Shown here: one piece after another, positions 17,793 through 27,218 of the stretch | How the letters are laid out: every line of letters starts with the position of its first letter | Numbering within the stretch: position 1 is the stretch's first letter | From: an uncultured Bacteroides sp. | Lineage (GTDB): Bacteria > Bacteroidota > Bacteroidia > Bacteroidales > GCA-2748055 | Direction: 5' to 3' | NCBI GenBank assembly: GCA_964467775.1 | Contig: CAYXUD010000042.1 | Location: forward strand, 19,172 to 83,171 | DNA length: 64,000 bases | Position numbers and translations under genes: made by a program | The notes under the pieces: model-generated | What the model saw: the letters and a program-made list of their open reading frames with translations, nothing else | What the model was told of the DNA's origin: nothing | The model's database searches: none

Positions 17793-19190
17793 TTATTCAG
17801 TTTTCTTAATCACGAATATGAAATGTTTGCCCGGGCTGCGCAGTGTCACATGGTGCCCGGACTCCTCTTTGGCTTCCCCTGTACCGGTCCATTCACCGGT
17901 GAGGATCTGCAGGCGTTCCACCTCAAAACCCAATCTGCCGGCTCCCGCATCGAGGGTCACCTCACCGGAATCGGGGAAGTATACCAGGTAATCCTGGCCG
18001 GGCACAGCCCTGCAGTAGGCCTCATTCACTTCCCGGCCGCCCAGCAGGTCGTTGTGAGGCTGTGCATTGAAAAAATCGATCCGGCCGGTGGCCATCCGCA
18101 CTCCCCGGATCACTGCACAGGCGGTATCGCCCAGGCCAAGGCCCGAGGGCGGGCGATGGAAGCGGACTGCAGCGGATCCGAAGAGGGCGCTGCGTATAAA
18201 GCTCTGGATGCCATTGTGGGTGCCTCCCCCGTGCACGCCCCGGTCACAGCCATAGGTCTTCACATTGTTCACCGGCCTCAGCCTCCCGGCCTTTCTGAGC
18301 CTTTCGATCTGGCGCAGCCCGTTGTTCCACTGCTCCTCCCCCAGCTGGTGGTTGTTCTGGGAGATCTCCACGAATGAATAGGTCTCAGGGTGGTCAAAAC
18401 TCTCCCTGTGGGAGATATGGTCAAGGTCCCACGGATCCCACATTTCGGTCACGTGTACCTTCCTGCCCCGTTCTGCTGCTTTTTTCCGGATGTACTCCGA
18501 CCAGAACCTTCCCCATTCGGAGGTCACCGATGTCTCATTGTCAATGCAGTACAGTACGTTGTCAAATTCAAGGGAGTGGGACAGCAGCCTGTCCACATAG
18601 CGCTGCTGGTAAGCCAGCAATGGCATGTTGTTCTGATGGGAGGGCACCGACCAGAAGAAGGGATTGTCACAGTAAACGGGATGTGTCTTCACCTCGGCCG
18701 GCAGTCTGGTCCTCTCCTCAGTGTAATTGGTGTTGTTAACCGGATTGAAGGGATTGCACGACCAGTTATCCCTGTAGAAATCAAAGGTGGCCCATACCTC
18801 CACCTGGACAATGATATCCCTTGCAGAGGTGAGTTCCAGCAGCGCCTGGAAACGGTCCCAGTACTCCTCGTTCCATCTTTGCAGGTCATATTTCCCGGTG
18901 CCGGGGTCGAGGTAAAAGGGCCACACATTGCCGCTGTCCCGGCTCGACATGGTATTGCGTACATAATTGCCACCCACGGAGGCCAGCAGGTCGAGCTGCT
19001 GTTCAATCCCGGGCATCTGGAACAGGTTGTCCTCGTCGGACCCGCCCAGCAGCAGGACCGGTTCACCGTTGTATTCCCAGTATTGAGGATGGGTCCTGCT
19101 GATGTCGATCCCTGTCCGGGTTGCAGGGATCTCCCCGGTGGTACAACCGGTAACCAGCATTGCCAGGACTATGATCGGTTTAATTCTCAT
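17793..19190 (-). CDS. Clan GH-A TIM-barrel glycoside hydrolase (GH5-like) paralogue, lipoprotein
   Basis: The track ORF starts at 19217 on TTG. ATG 19190 gives MRIKPIIVLAMLVTGCTTGE (lipobox). VLYCIDNETS is the NE-type motif. Paralogous blocks are shared with 16304-17791. The stop-to-start gap is 1 nt. Confidence 0.5.
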   Translation of the reverse strand: MRIKPIIVLAMLVTGCTTGEIPATRTGIDISRTHPQYWEYNGEPVLLLGGSDEDNLFQMPGIEQQLDLLASVGGNYVRNTMSSRDSGNVWPFYLDPGTGKYDLQRWNEEYWDRFQALLELTSARDIIVQVEVWATFDFYRDNWSCNPFNPVNNTNYTEERTRLPAEVKTHPVYCDNPFFWSVPSHQNNMPLLAYQQRYVDRLLSHSLEFDNVLYCIDNETSVTSEWGRFWSEYIRKKAAERGRKVHVTEMWDPWDLDHISHRESFDHPETYSFVEISQNNHQLGEEQWNNGLRQIERLRKAGRLRPVNNVKTYGCDRGVHGGGTHNGIQSFIRSALFGSAAVRFHRPPSGLGLGDTACAVIRGVRMATGRIDFFNAQPHNDLLGGREVNEAYCRAVPGQDYLVYFPDSGEVTLDAGAGRLGFEVERLQILTGEWTGTGEAKEESGHHVTLRSPGKHFIFVIKKTE

Positions 19191-19348
19191 GGATGCAGCC
19201 TTGGATGATGATGTCAATCAGATATTAAAAATAGCCACAGATTTCATAAAAGGGTCACCTATTTTCATGAATCTGTCCACGCTATTTGATTTTTCGCAGC
19301 TGTGGATTAATTTGCATAGCGGCACCACCCGCAGGATGAAAAAAACTG

Positions 19349-20974
19349 ATGATCATGGAGGCAAAACTGACAGATACAAAGCAAAAAAAGGCAACCCTCA
19401 TTGTCATGACCATCCTGAGGGTGGCCATTGGCTGGCATTTTCTCTATGAGGGACTGACCAAACTGTTGAATCCCGGCTGGACTGCCGCAGGATATCTGGA
19501 GAGTGCCACCGGTCCCCTGGCCGGATTGTTCCAGGCCATGGCGGGGAACGAAACCCTCCTCACCCTGATCAATATCCTGAATACCTGGGGACTGGTCCTC
19601 ATCGGGCTGGGTCTCTTCCTGGGGATCTTTACCCGCATCGCACAGGTGGCCGGGATTGCCCTGCTCTTTGCCTACTATATCGCCCACCCCCCTGTCCTCT
19701 CCGAACCGGGCTTCTTCAGGGAAGGTTCCTACTTTTTCATCAGCAAGGATTTCCTGGAGATGCTGTCACTGCTGGTTTTGATGTTCTTCCCCACCGGCAG
19801 GTTCCTGGGACTGGAGGGCCTGCTGGCCGGGATGGCCCGCAGGCCCATGCACAGGATGGACCACGGGCAGCCCGGGGCCGAAGAGACCAGGGCCGATACA
19901 GAGCAGATCAGGCGGCGTGAGGTGCTGAAGCACCTGGCCACGATACCTTTCCTTGGCGCGGTGGTCTACGGGGCGATTCGAAGGAGCCGGATGAGCAGCC
20001 TGGAGGAGCAGAACCTGGTGGATTCAACCTCGGGGGCCACGCAACAGTTTGTCCAAAGGATCATGGCAGGGTCCGGCAGCGATCTCCTGAAGGACCTGAA
20101 AGGGAAGCAGTTCACTGATGAGACAAGCCAGCTTACAGGCACCCTGCCCACGGGGATGCTGGGGAACATGGAGTCTTCCAAGCTGATCCTGGGGGGCAAC
20201 CTGCTCAGCGGTTATGTGCACTCCCGGGACCTGATCTATGTCTCCTCGCTGGTGCTCCACTACCACCAGAAGGACCGTATCTTCCGTACGCTGATGCTGG
20301 CTGAACAATCAGGCATCAATACGCTGCTCTCCAACCCGGTGGTGATGCCGCTGATGGAGGAGTACTGGAAGGGGGGATACGGGAAGATCCAGTTCCTGAC
20401 CGATTGCGCGGGACTGGATTACTCCGACGGGATAAAGGCCATGGATTTTGACAAGTACATGGACCTTGTGAAGACGGCCATTGATCAAGGGGCCAGCTCC
20501 TGTTACATTCAGGGCGAGACTGCCGATTACTACATTGAGAACAACCAGCCCGAGAAGCTGGTGAAGGTCATGGATATGATCCGCCAGAACGGCCTTTCGG
20601 TGGGTATCGGGGCACACAAGATCGAGACCATCAAGAGGTGTGTGGAACTGGGACTGGAACACGATTTCTGGATGAAGACCCTCCATACCCACGATTACTG
20701 GTCGGCCCAGCATCCCACATGGCATGACAACCTCTATTGCTATGATCCGGGCGAGACCATCCGTTTCATGGAGACCCTGGAGAAGCCCTGGATCGCCTTT
20801 AAGACACTGGCTGCAGGGGCCCTCCGTCCGCAGGAGGCCTTCCGGTACTGTTTCAACAGCGGTGCGGACTTCATCTGCGTGGGGATGTATGATTTCCAGA
20901 TCATCGAGGATGTGAACATTGCCCTGGCAGCCCTGGAGAATATGCAGGAGAGGAGCCGACCCTGGAGGGCCTGA
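19349..20974 (+). CDS. Fusion protein: N-terminal DoxX-family membrane domain, TAT-signal-like linker helix, and an uncharacterised ~340-aa C-terminal domain (possibly a TIM barrel)
   Basis: 541-aa ORF with ATG at 19349. DoxX-like block: LIVMTILRVAIGWHFLYEGLTKLLNPGW, plus three further hydrophobic helices. Linker: TEQIRRREVLKHLATIPFLGAVVYGAI. C-terminal blocks: LILGGNLLSGYVHSRDLIYV, GLSVGIGAHK, WIAFKTLAAGAL, GADFICVGMYDFQI. Confidence 0.55.
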   Translation: MIMEAKLTDTKQKKATLIVMTILRVAIGWHFLYEGLTKLLNPGWTAAGYLESATGPLAGLFQAMAGNETLLTLINILNTWGLVLIGLGLFLGIFTRIAQVAGIALLFAYYIAHPPVLSEPGFFREGSYFFISKDFLEMLSLLVLMFFPTGRFLGLEGLLAGMARRPMHRMDHGQPGAEETRADTEQIRRREVLKHLATIPFLGAVVYGAIRRSRMSSLEEQNLVDSTSGATQQFVQRIMAGSGSDLLKDLKGKQFTDETSQLTGTLPTGMLGNMESSKLILGGNLLSGYVHSRDLIYVSSLVLHYHQKDRIFRTLMLAEQSGINTLLSNPVVMPLMEEYWKGGYGKIQFLTDCAGLDYSDGIKAMDFDKYMDLVKTAIDQGASSCYIQGETADYYIENNQPEKLVKVMDMIRQNGLSVGIGAHKIETIKRCVELGLEHDFWMKTLHTHDYWSAQHPTWHDNLYCYDPGETIRFMETLEKPWIAFKTLAAGALRPQEAFRYCFNSGADFICVGMYDFQIIEDVNIALAALENMQERSRPWRA

Positions 20975-21001
20975 CAGGGAGTTCAACGGTTCATTCCCCG
21001 G

Positions 21002-22408
21002 TCATTCCCGAAAATAGTTGTCTGCCCTGCTTCGCCGCATCTGCGTACTCAATCCTTCAACAATTCCTGCATTGCCCGGAACCTCCGAGATATTGACATT
21101 CTCATCCGGGTCCGCCAAATGATCGTAAAGCATCCTGGTGTAAGCCACATCACTGTCATCCACCCACTCGGTATAGAAATAGTGCTCCCTGATGGTGGTG
21201 ATGCCATCGAACCACTGGCAGACAGCCACCCCATCACTGGTTGCAGCAGGATCGAACAGCAATTCCATGAAACTGCTTCCCTGAAGATGCTCAGGCTGAT
21301 CCAGTCCCGCCAGTTCGCAGAGCGTCGGGTAGATATCTACATACTCCACGATCTCATCGGTGACAGGGACCTGTTCAGTGTCAGGGACCTTCAGGATCAG
21401 CGGCGTATGAAGCGACGTTTCATAGTTGCAGTGCTTGCACCATAATCCGTGTTCCCTCAGGTTCCAGCCATGGTCCCCCCAGAGAATGACAATGGTGGAG
21501 TTTTCAAGTCCCAGCCTGCGGAGTTCATCCAGGACCTTCCCGATCTGGGCATCCGTGTAGCTCACACAGGCATCATATCCATGGATCAGTTCCCTGGCCA
21601 TTTCATCGGAAACCGGGCCTTTCTCCGGAATCTGCGCATAGTTCCTCAATTCACCCCAATTGTGCAGAGATTCAGGCGGTGCATTGTCCGGTGGGTAGTT
21701 GTTATAGGGAAGCCTTACTGTTCCGTCATACAATTTCCAGTACTTCTCCGGGGCGTTGAATGGCAGGTGGGGTTTCAGGAACCCTGCTGCCAGGAAAAAC
21801 GGTTTGTCCATCTCTTTAAGCCTTCTCAGGTCGCTGATCACCTTCTCCGCGGTCTTCCCATCCTTATAGATGGTATCATGCAGCACTGCCCTTTCGAAGG
21901 GAGGCCCCCTGAAACTGGGAGCCGTATCCTGCAGGATGTTTCCAGGCATGGCATAATCCCTCCATGAACGGCTGCTGGACGGTGGATGCCAGATCTCGTC
22001 CCAGCTATGGGCCGCATCATCCCCGTGGTGGAAGACCTTCCCGTTGCTGATGGTATGGTACCCGTTCTCCCGGAAAAGCTGCGGTAGGGTGGTGATCCCG
22101 GGGGCATCCTCGTCGGCACGGGTGTCGTAATAGAGGAACCTGTTTCGGGCCGGGCGAAGACCGGTCATCAGGCTGGCCCTGGAGGCGCCGCATACCGGAA
22201 TGTTGCAGTAGGACCTGTCAAACCGGGTCCCCTGCTGCGCCAGCCTGTCGATGTTCGGGGAATGGATCCTCTCCACCCCGTAGCAACCCAGCTCCGGGCG
22301 CAGGTCATCCACAGCAATAAAAAGGATATTGGGCAGGAGGGGAGCCTTTTTCTGCTGGCTGCAGCCGGCCATTAACAGCAAAACGGTTGTCAGAAACAAA
22401 TATCTCAT
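21002..22408 (-). CDS. S1-family Cys-type sulfatase (iduronate-2-sulfatase-like), lipoprotein
   Basis: 468-aa ORF. Lipobox: LLMAGCSQ. Blocks: PNILFIAVDDLRPELGCYG, PVCGASRASLMTGLRP, IVILWGDHGW. Confidence 0.88.
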   Translation of the reverse strand: MRYLFLTTVLLLMAGCSQQKKAPLLPNILFIAVDDLRPELGCYGVERIHSPNIDRLAQQGTRFDRSYCNIPVCGASRASLMTGLRPARNRFLYYDTRADEDAPGITTLPQLFRENGYHTISNGKVFHHGDDAAHSWDEIWHPPSSSRSWRDYAMPGNILQDTAPSFRGPPFERAVLHDTIYKDGKTAEKVISDLRRLKEMDKPFFLAAGFLKPHLPFNAPEKYWKLYDGTVRLPYNNYPPDNAPPESLHNWGELRNYAQIPEKGPVSDEMARELIHGYDACVSYTDAQIGKVLDELRRLGLENSTIVILWGDHGWNLREHGLWCKHCNYETSLHTPLILKVPDTEQVPVTDEIVEYVDIYPTLCELAGLDQPEHLQGSSFMELLFDPAATSDGVAVCQWFDGITTIREHYFYTEWVDDSDVAYTRMLYDHLADPDENVNISEVPGNAGIVEGLSTQMRRSRADNYFRE

Positions 22409-22434
22409 TGCAGGTTATTCTTCAGATAAGAAGA

Positions 22435-23856
22435 TCATTCATAATCAATGACCAGGACCCAATCATTGCCCCTGGCCTCCTCACCGGGTGGATCAAAGGA
22501 GGTGATCTTCCCTGCCGGGAATTCACCCAGGGCCTTGAAGCTCCCTGCCCTGGGATTGAACCAGCTGCAGCTGACCTTGTCCTGCCGGATCCGGTCCAGG
22601 TGCACAATAATCTCCTTTCCCGTCGGTATATAAACCATCCAGAAGCCCTCCCCCGAGCAGGCCTGCAGGTGACCTGTGGGATCATGCGGATTTTCGGCCA
22701 GGATCGACTGGTCGGGCCTCCTGCTGAAAAAGTGCCGTGAAAGGATCAATTGCTTCAGGTAACCCATCTGGAAGGCCCCCGTTTCATCCAGCGCCTCGTG
22801 CCACTCTTTCGGATTGTACAGGGTGAGCGGGGGATGCGGATATTCCTTCTTGTACATCTGCCAGACCAGGTGGCATCCGTAGGTATGGCCGCAGGTTCCG
22901 GCGAAAATCGACCAGTAGGCCTGCTGCCTCACATCAAAATCATCAAACCTGATGGCGTCTGGATTCTGATGGTCATAATTGACCGGGTGCAGTTCATAGG
23001 CCGGTTCGCTGTTGAGCGTGGGCTTGGGACCGGGCAGGTTCCAGTCATCCTGTGCCTCGTAATAGGCTCTTTCATTGTCACGCTTCTCATGGTAGGAACC
23101 CCATGTATGCATGTCTATCCAGGGGTCATGATGGAACCAGCGGGCTGAGCTGGTGTAACAGTGGTAGGTCATAAAGGTGCGATCGTACTCCGATACCCCA
23201 TCAAACCCATACTTGCCGGTTACGCCGTCAGTAATGCCCTCTGCCATGGCGCGCCAGATATCCACCCCTTGCGGCCGTTCATCCGGGAGACGGTCACCGC
23301 CAAGGATCCAGATGATGTGATCATTCAGCTCCCGGAACCGGTTTCCGATGAACCATCCGAAGGCGTACCCCTCCATCACGCTGCTGATGGTCCGCTCCCG
23401 GAACCTGGGTGTCACATATTCCCCCCAGCACGGGAGCAATCCCGTGATTATGCCCAGGGCCGCTGCCTCCCGGATCATGAATTCCACATGATCCCAGTAA
23501 TCATACTGCGTCGGGTCGCTGAAATCATTACCGGTTGTAGTATCAGGCTGCTGGATATCCTCACCTGCCAGGGGAAAATCACCATAAGCGTTGGGACTTT
23601 CAAATGCCTCCAGCTCATAGAGTGCAACAGCCTGGATCACATTGAATCCTTTATCGGCCCGGTCTGCCAGATACCTGCGGGCCTCCCCGCGATCGAGACG
23701 GTGAAAGAGCTCCCAGGCAGTATCCCCAAGCCAGAAAAATGGTTCTCCGTCGCGGGTCGTCAGAAAATGGCCGTTGGAAGTGATTGAAAGAGGTTGGGCC
23801 ATTGTGAGGGAACAGGCCACAACCGACATCAGGAATATCAATGAGTGGAGTTTCAT
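22435..23856 (-). CDS. GH140 (DUF4038) family glycoside hydrolase
   Basis: The track ORF starts at ATG 23877. A second ATG at 23856 gives the better signal peptide MKLHSLIFLMSVVACSLTMAQ; either start is possible. Hallmark N-terminal block: HFLTTRDGEPFFWLGDTAWELFHRLDRGEARRYLADRADKGFNVIQAVAL. Confidence 0.75.
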   Translation of the reverse strand: MKLHSLIFLMSVVACSLTMAQPLSITSNGHFLTTRDGEPFFWLGDTAWELFHRLDRGEARRYLADRADKGFNVIQAVALYELEAFESPNAYGDFPLAGEDIQQPDTTTGNDFSDPTQYDYWDHVEFMIREAAALGIITGLLPCWGEYVTPRFRERTISSVMEGYAFGWFIGNRFRELNDHIIWILGGDRLPDERPQGVDIWRAMAEGITDGVTGKYGFDGVSEYDRTFMTYHCYTSSARWFHHDPWIDMHTWGSYHEKRDNERAYYEAQDDWNLPGPKPTLNSEPAYELHPVNYDHQNPDAIRFDDFDVRQQAYWSIFAGTCGHTYGCHLVWQMYKKEYPHPPLTLYNPKEWHEALDETGAFQMGYLKQLILSRHFFSRRPDQSILAENPHDPTGHLQACSGEGFWMVYIPTGKEIIVHLDRIRQDKVSCSWFNPRAGSFKALGEFPAGKITSFDPPGEEARGNDWVLVIDYE

Positions 23857-23944
23857 CAATCCTCCTAAATTAGCCATTATCTGTGGATGTATGCTTCAGA
23901 CAACGAAAAATTCGCTTTTTTTGCATAGGAATCAAGAACGGTTT

Positions 23945-24916
23945 ATGCGCGTCCCCTCCTCCATATGGCTGGCCCCTGCCCTGCTCGTTCTGCTCTCATG
24001 TCAGAACAGCCATGACAGGATGCTAAAGCAGTTTGACCGTCTCAAGTCGGAGGAGACAGACCGGTATAACATCGTTTACGCATATGCCGCCTACCTCTCC
24101 ACCACAAGGAGCATCACACCGGAACAGGCGATCCCGCTGATCAATGAGATGATCTCCTGCGGATATCCGACCGAAGCCCGGTATTGTATTGACAACCTGG
24201 AAAGAAACGGGATCCATTCCAGCGACCTGCTGGCCCTTCACGGATTATGCTACCAGCATGAGCTGCAGCCCGGCCTGGCACTGGCAGATTTTGAAAAGGC
24301 CCTGGCAGGGGATCCGGACAATGAGAAGATCAGGTTGTTGCTGGACAATGCAAAGGGAGCGGAAAGCCCCGGTTCCCAGGCGGAAAAGATGCTTGACAGA
24401 GCCCGGGTGTTGATGGCGCAAAAAGAGTACGGCGCATCTGATTCAGTCCTGAATGCCATCCTGGAGCTGGACAGTACCAGCCACCACGCAGTTTTCCTGA
24501 AGGGGCTCATCAGGCTCCAGGGAGAGGAGTATGACTCGGCACTCTGTTTCATGAAACTGGCATACAACATCGAAGACCGGGAGGAATACAGGCACCATAT
24601 CTCCATGGTCAGCAAGGTGCTTGAAGGAGAAAAGCTGATCTCCGGGGATCCGCTCTCTTTCCCCGGGTATCTGCAGAAATCCCGGGGACTGGCGTCCATG
24701 GGTATGTTTATCCGTGCGCAGGAAACCCTCGACCGGGGCCTGGAAAAGAATCCGGATCAGATGAACCTGATCCTGGCAAAAGCACTGGTCTGGGTTCAGG
24801 CCGGCCAGCAGGAGACAGCCAGGCAGTACCTCTGGGAGCAGGAACGGCGGGGCATTGTCATTGACCCTTCGCTGAAACAGAAGATCTTCGTGAACCGGCA
24901 GCAGAACAGCGAATGA
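23945..24916 (+). CDS. TPR-repeat lipoprotein
   Basis: The track ORF starts at 23774. ATG 23945 gives MRVPSSIWLAPALLVLLSCQNSH (lipobox). Several TPR-like units are present, for example ALHGLCYQHELQPGLALADFEKALAGDPDN and RAQETLDRGLEKNPDQ. The stop overlaps the next start (ATGA at 24913-24916). Confidence 0.7.
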   Translation: MRVPSSIWLAPALLVLLSCQNSHDRMLKQFDRLKSEETDRYNIVYAYAAYLSTTRSITPEQAIPLINEMISCGYPTEARYCIDNLERNGIHSSDLLALHGLCYQHELQPGLALADFEKALAGDPDNEKIRLLLDNAKGAESPGSQAEKMLDRARVLMAQKEYGASDSVLNAILELDSTSHHAVFLKGLIRLQGEEYDSALCFMKLAYNIEDREEYRHHISMVSKVLEGEKLISGDPLSFPGYLQKSRGLASMGMFIRAQETLDRGLEKNPDQMNLILAKALVWVQAGQQETARQYLWEQERRGIVIDPSLKQKIFVNRQQNSE

Positions 24917-26781
24917 ATATACTGGGCATATCGGCATATTACCACGATTCTGCAGCTGCCATCCTGGTGGACGGGGAGCTGGTTGCAGCAGCCCAGGAGG
25001 AGCGCTTCAGCCGGAAGAAGCACGATGCCGGTTTTCCTGAGAACGCCATCCGCTATTGCCTTGAGGAAGCGGGACTGGAACTCTCCGGGGTGGACCAGGT
25101 GGTTTTTTACGACAAGCCTTTCCTGAAATTCGAGCGGCTGCTGGAGACCTACTACAATTTCGTTCCCCGAGGGATCCCCTCTTTTGTCACTGCCATCCCG
25201 GTCTGGATCAATGAGAAACTGTTCCTGAAGCGCAACATCAGGAGGGGGCTTCAGGCCATCGGCCGCTTTGATGCAAAGAGGCAGCAACTGCTGTTCCCGG
25301 AACACCACCTCTCCCATGCAGCCAGCGCTTTCTTCCCTTCCCCCTTCGAGAAGTCGGTCATCGTGACCCTGGATGGCGTGGGTGAATGGGCCACTGCCTC
25401 CATCTGCCTCGGCAGCGGCAACCAGATCAGGATCATCAAAGAGCTCCGGTTCCCGCACTCCATTGGCCTGCTCTATTCAGCCTTCACCTACTACCTGGGC
25501 TTCCGGGTCAATTCGGGGGAATACAAGCTGATGGGCCTGGCCCCATACGGGAATCCCTCCTCTGAAAGGGTGGAACGGTTCACCCGGGCCATCACGTCCG
25601 AAATGGCCAGCGTGAACGGGGACGGATCATTATGGCTGAACCAGCGCTGGTTCAAATATGCCACCGGGCTCAGGATGATCCGTGGCCGAAGGTGGGAAAA
25701 ACTGTTCGGTTTCCCCAGGCGCAGGGAGGAGGAGCCCATTGAGCAGGTGCACTGTGACCTTGCACTTGCCATCCAGCATGTCACCGAAGAGATCGTGATG
25801 AAGATGGTTGCCCATGCCAGGAGCTTTGCAGAGAGTGAAGCACAGGCCGGGAACCTCTGCCTGGCAGGCGGTGTCGCCCTGAACTGTGTGGCCAACGGTA
25901 AACTGAAGGCCGCCGGGCTGTTCCGGGAGATCTTTGTCCAGCCCGCAGCCGGCGACGCGGGGGGAGCCCCCGGGGCGGCACTGGCCGTCCACCACATCTT
26001 CAACCGGAATGAACGGACCATACAACGGCCCGACTCCATGAAAGGTGCCTGCCTGGGGCCCTCCTTTGATGCGAAAGAGATCCTGGCAACCCTCCGGAAG
26101 CATCATGCAAAGGCGGGGGAGATCCCGGATTTTCCACGCCTGAGCAAAACCACCGCAAAGCTGATCGCCGAAGGGAATGTGGTGGGCTGGTTCCAGGGCC
26201 GCATGGAGTTCGGTCCCCGGGCCCTGGGCAACCGCAGCATCCTGGCAGATGCCAGGAACCCCGAAATGCAGAGAAAACTGAACCTGAAGGTGAAGTACCG
26301 GGAGGGATTCCGGCCCTTCGCCCCGTCCGTCCTCTCGGAGGATGTGCAGGAATATTTTGAATTCAGCGGTGCCTCTCCCTACATGCTGATGGTGGCCCCT
26401 GTGAAGAAAGAGCGCCGGCTTACCCTTCCGCCAAACTATGATGAGCTTCCCTGTATGGAGCGGCTGTACATCCGCAGAAGCGATGTGCCGGCCATCACAC
26501 ACATCGATTTCTCCGCCAGGCTGCAGACCGTGCACAGGGAGACCAACAAAAGGTACTGGCAGCTGATCAGCGATTTCAAGGAGCTGACCGGATATGCCGT
26601 GATCGTCAATACCAGCTTCAACGTCCGCGGCGAACCCGTGGTATGCACCCCGGAGGATGCCTACAGGTGTTTCATGCGGACTGAGATGGATTGGCTGGTC
26701 ATGGGGGATTTTCTTTTAAGGAAAGAGGACCAGCCCCCCTGGGAGGAGAAGGGCTGGAGGAAAAAGGTGGGAAGGGACTGA
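24913..26781 (+). CDS. Carbamoyltransferase (NodU/CmcH family)
   Basis: 622-aa ORF. N-terminal block: MNILGISAYYHDSAAAILVDGELVAAAQEERFSRKKHDAGFP. C-terminal blocks: GRMEFGPRALGNRSILADARNP and NTSFNVRGEPVVCTPEDAYRCF. Confidence 0.9.
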   Translation: MNILGISAYYHDSAAAILVDGELVAAAQEERFSRKKHDAGFPENAIRYCLEEAGLELSGVDQVVFYDKPFLKFERLLETYYNFVPRGIPSFVTAIPVWINEKLFLKRNIRRGLQAIGRFDAKRQQLLFPEHHLSHAASAFFPSPFEKSVIVTLDGVGEWATASICLGSGNQIRIIKELRFPHSIGLLYSAFTYYLGFRVNSGEYKLMGLAPYGNPSSERVERFTRAITSEMASVNGDGSLWLNQRWFKYATGLRMIRGRRWEKLFGFPRRREEEPIEQVHCDLALAIQHVTEEIVMKMVAHARSFAESEAQAGNLCLAGGVALNCVANGKLKAAGLFREIFVQPAAGDAGGAPGAALAVHHIFNRNERTIQRPDSMKGACLGPSFDAKEILATLRKHHAKAGEIPDFPRLSKTTAKLIAEGNVVGWFQGRMEFGPRALGNRSILADARNPEMQRKLNLKVKYREGFRPFAPSVLSEDVQEYFEFSGASPYMLMVAPVKKERRLTLPPNYDELPCMERLYIRRSDVPAITHIDFSARLQTVHRETNKRYWQLISDFKELTGYAVIVNTSFNVRGEPVVCTPEDAYRCFMRTEMDWLVMGDFLLRKEDQPPWEEKGWRKKVGRD

Positions 26782-26819
26782 TCGCAGAACAATGATAAAC
26801 ATCTATACCCTCTTCTGAG

Positions 26820-27188
26820 ATGCAGAAACCGGACAGAGCCAGATACAGGGAGACCCTCCTGGTGATCGTGCTGGGATTCACGGTACTCTACCTGATCCTT
26901 GACAGGAACTGGATGCTCTACACTGCCCTGGCCGCGGGAATTGCCGGGATGCTCTCCCTGAAGCTGAACTGCTGGATCCACAGGGGCTGGTTCTTCCTGG
27001 GGGAGAAACTGGGCTTCGTTGTCGGAAAGATCGTGCTTGGGGCCGTATTCATTGTGATCGTGCTTCCCATGGGCCTGCTCTCCAGGTGGCTGCGGAAAGA
27101 CATCATGAACCTGAGGAACCGCGGGACCAGCTGTTACCACCAGAGGGACCACCTCTACAGGCCGGATGATTTTGAGAACATGTGGTAA
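26820..27188 (+). CDS. Small membrane protein, SxtJ-like (the family usually found next to this class of carbamoyltransferase)
   Basis: 122-aa ORF with ATG at 26820. It has three hydrophobic helices (LLVIVLGFTVLYLIL, LYTALAAGIAGMLSL, IVLGAVFIVIVLPMGLL) and a C-terminal tail HQRDHLYRPDDFENMW. This matches my recollection of the SxtJ family tail (xRNHxYxxxDLENxW). Confidence 0.55.
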   Translation: MQKPDRARYRETLLVIVLGFTVLYLILDRNWMLYTALAAGIAGMLSLKLNCWIHRGWFFLGEKLGFVVGKIVLGAVFIVIVLPMGLLSRWLRKDIMNLRNRGTSCYHQRDHLYRPDDFENMW

Positions 27189-27218
27189 AATCCGTCCGGT
27201 AACCGCCGGCACCGAATC

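Noticed and set aside
20975-22434. Terminator hairpins in the short gaps 20975-21001 and 22409-22434
   Set aside because: Only weak 4-5-bp stems without U-tracts could be drawn, which is not enough to call a terminator.
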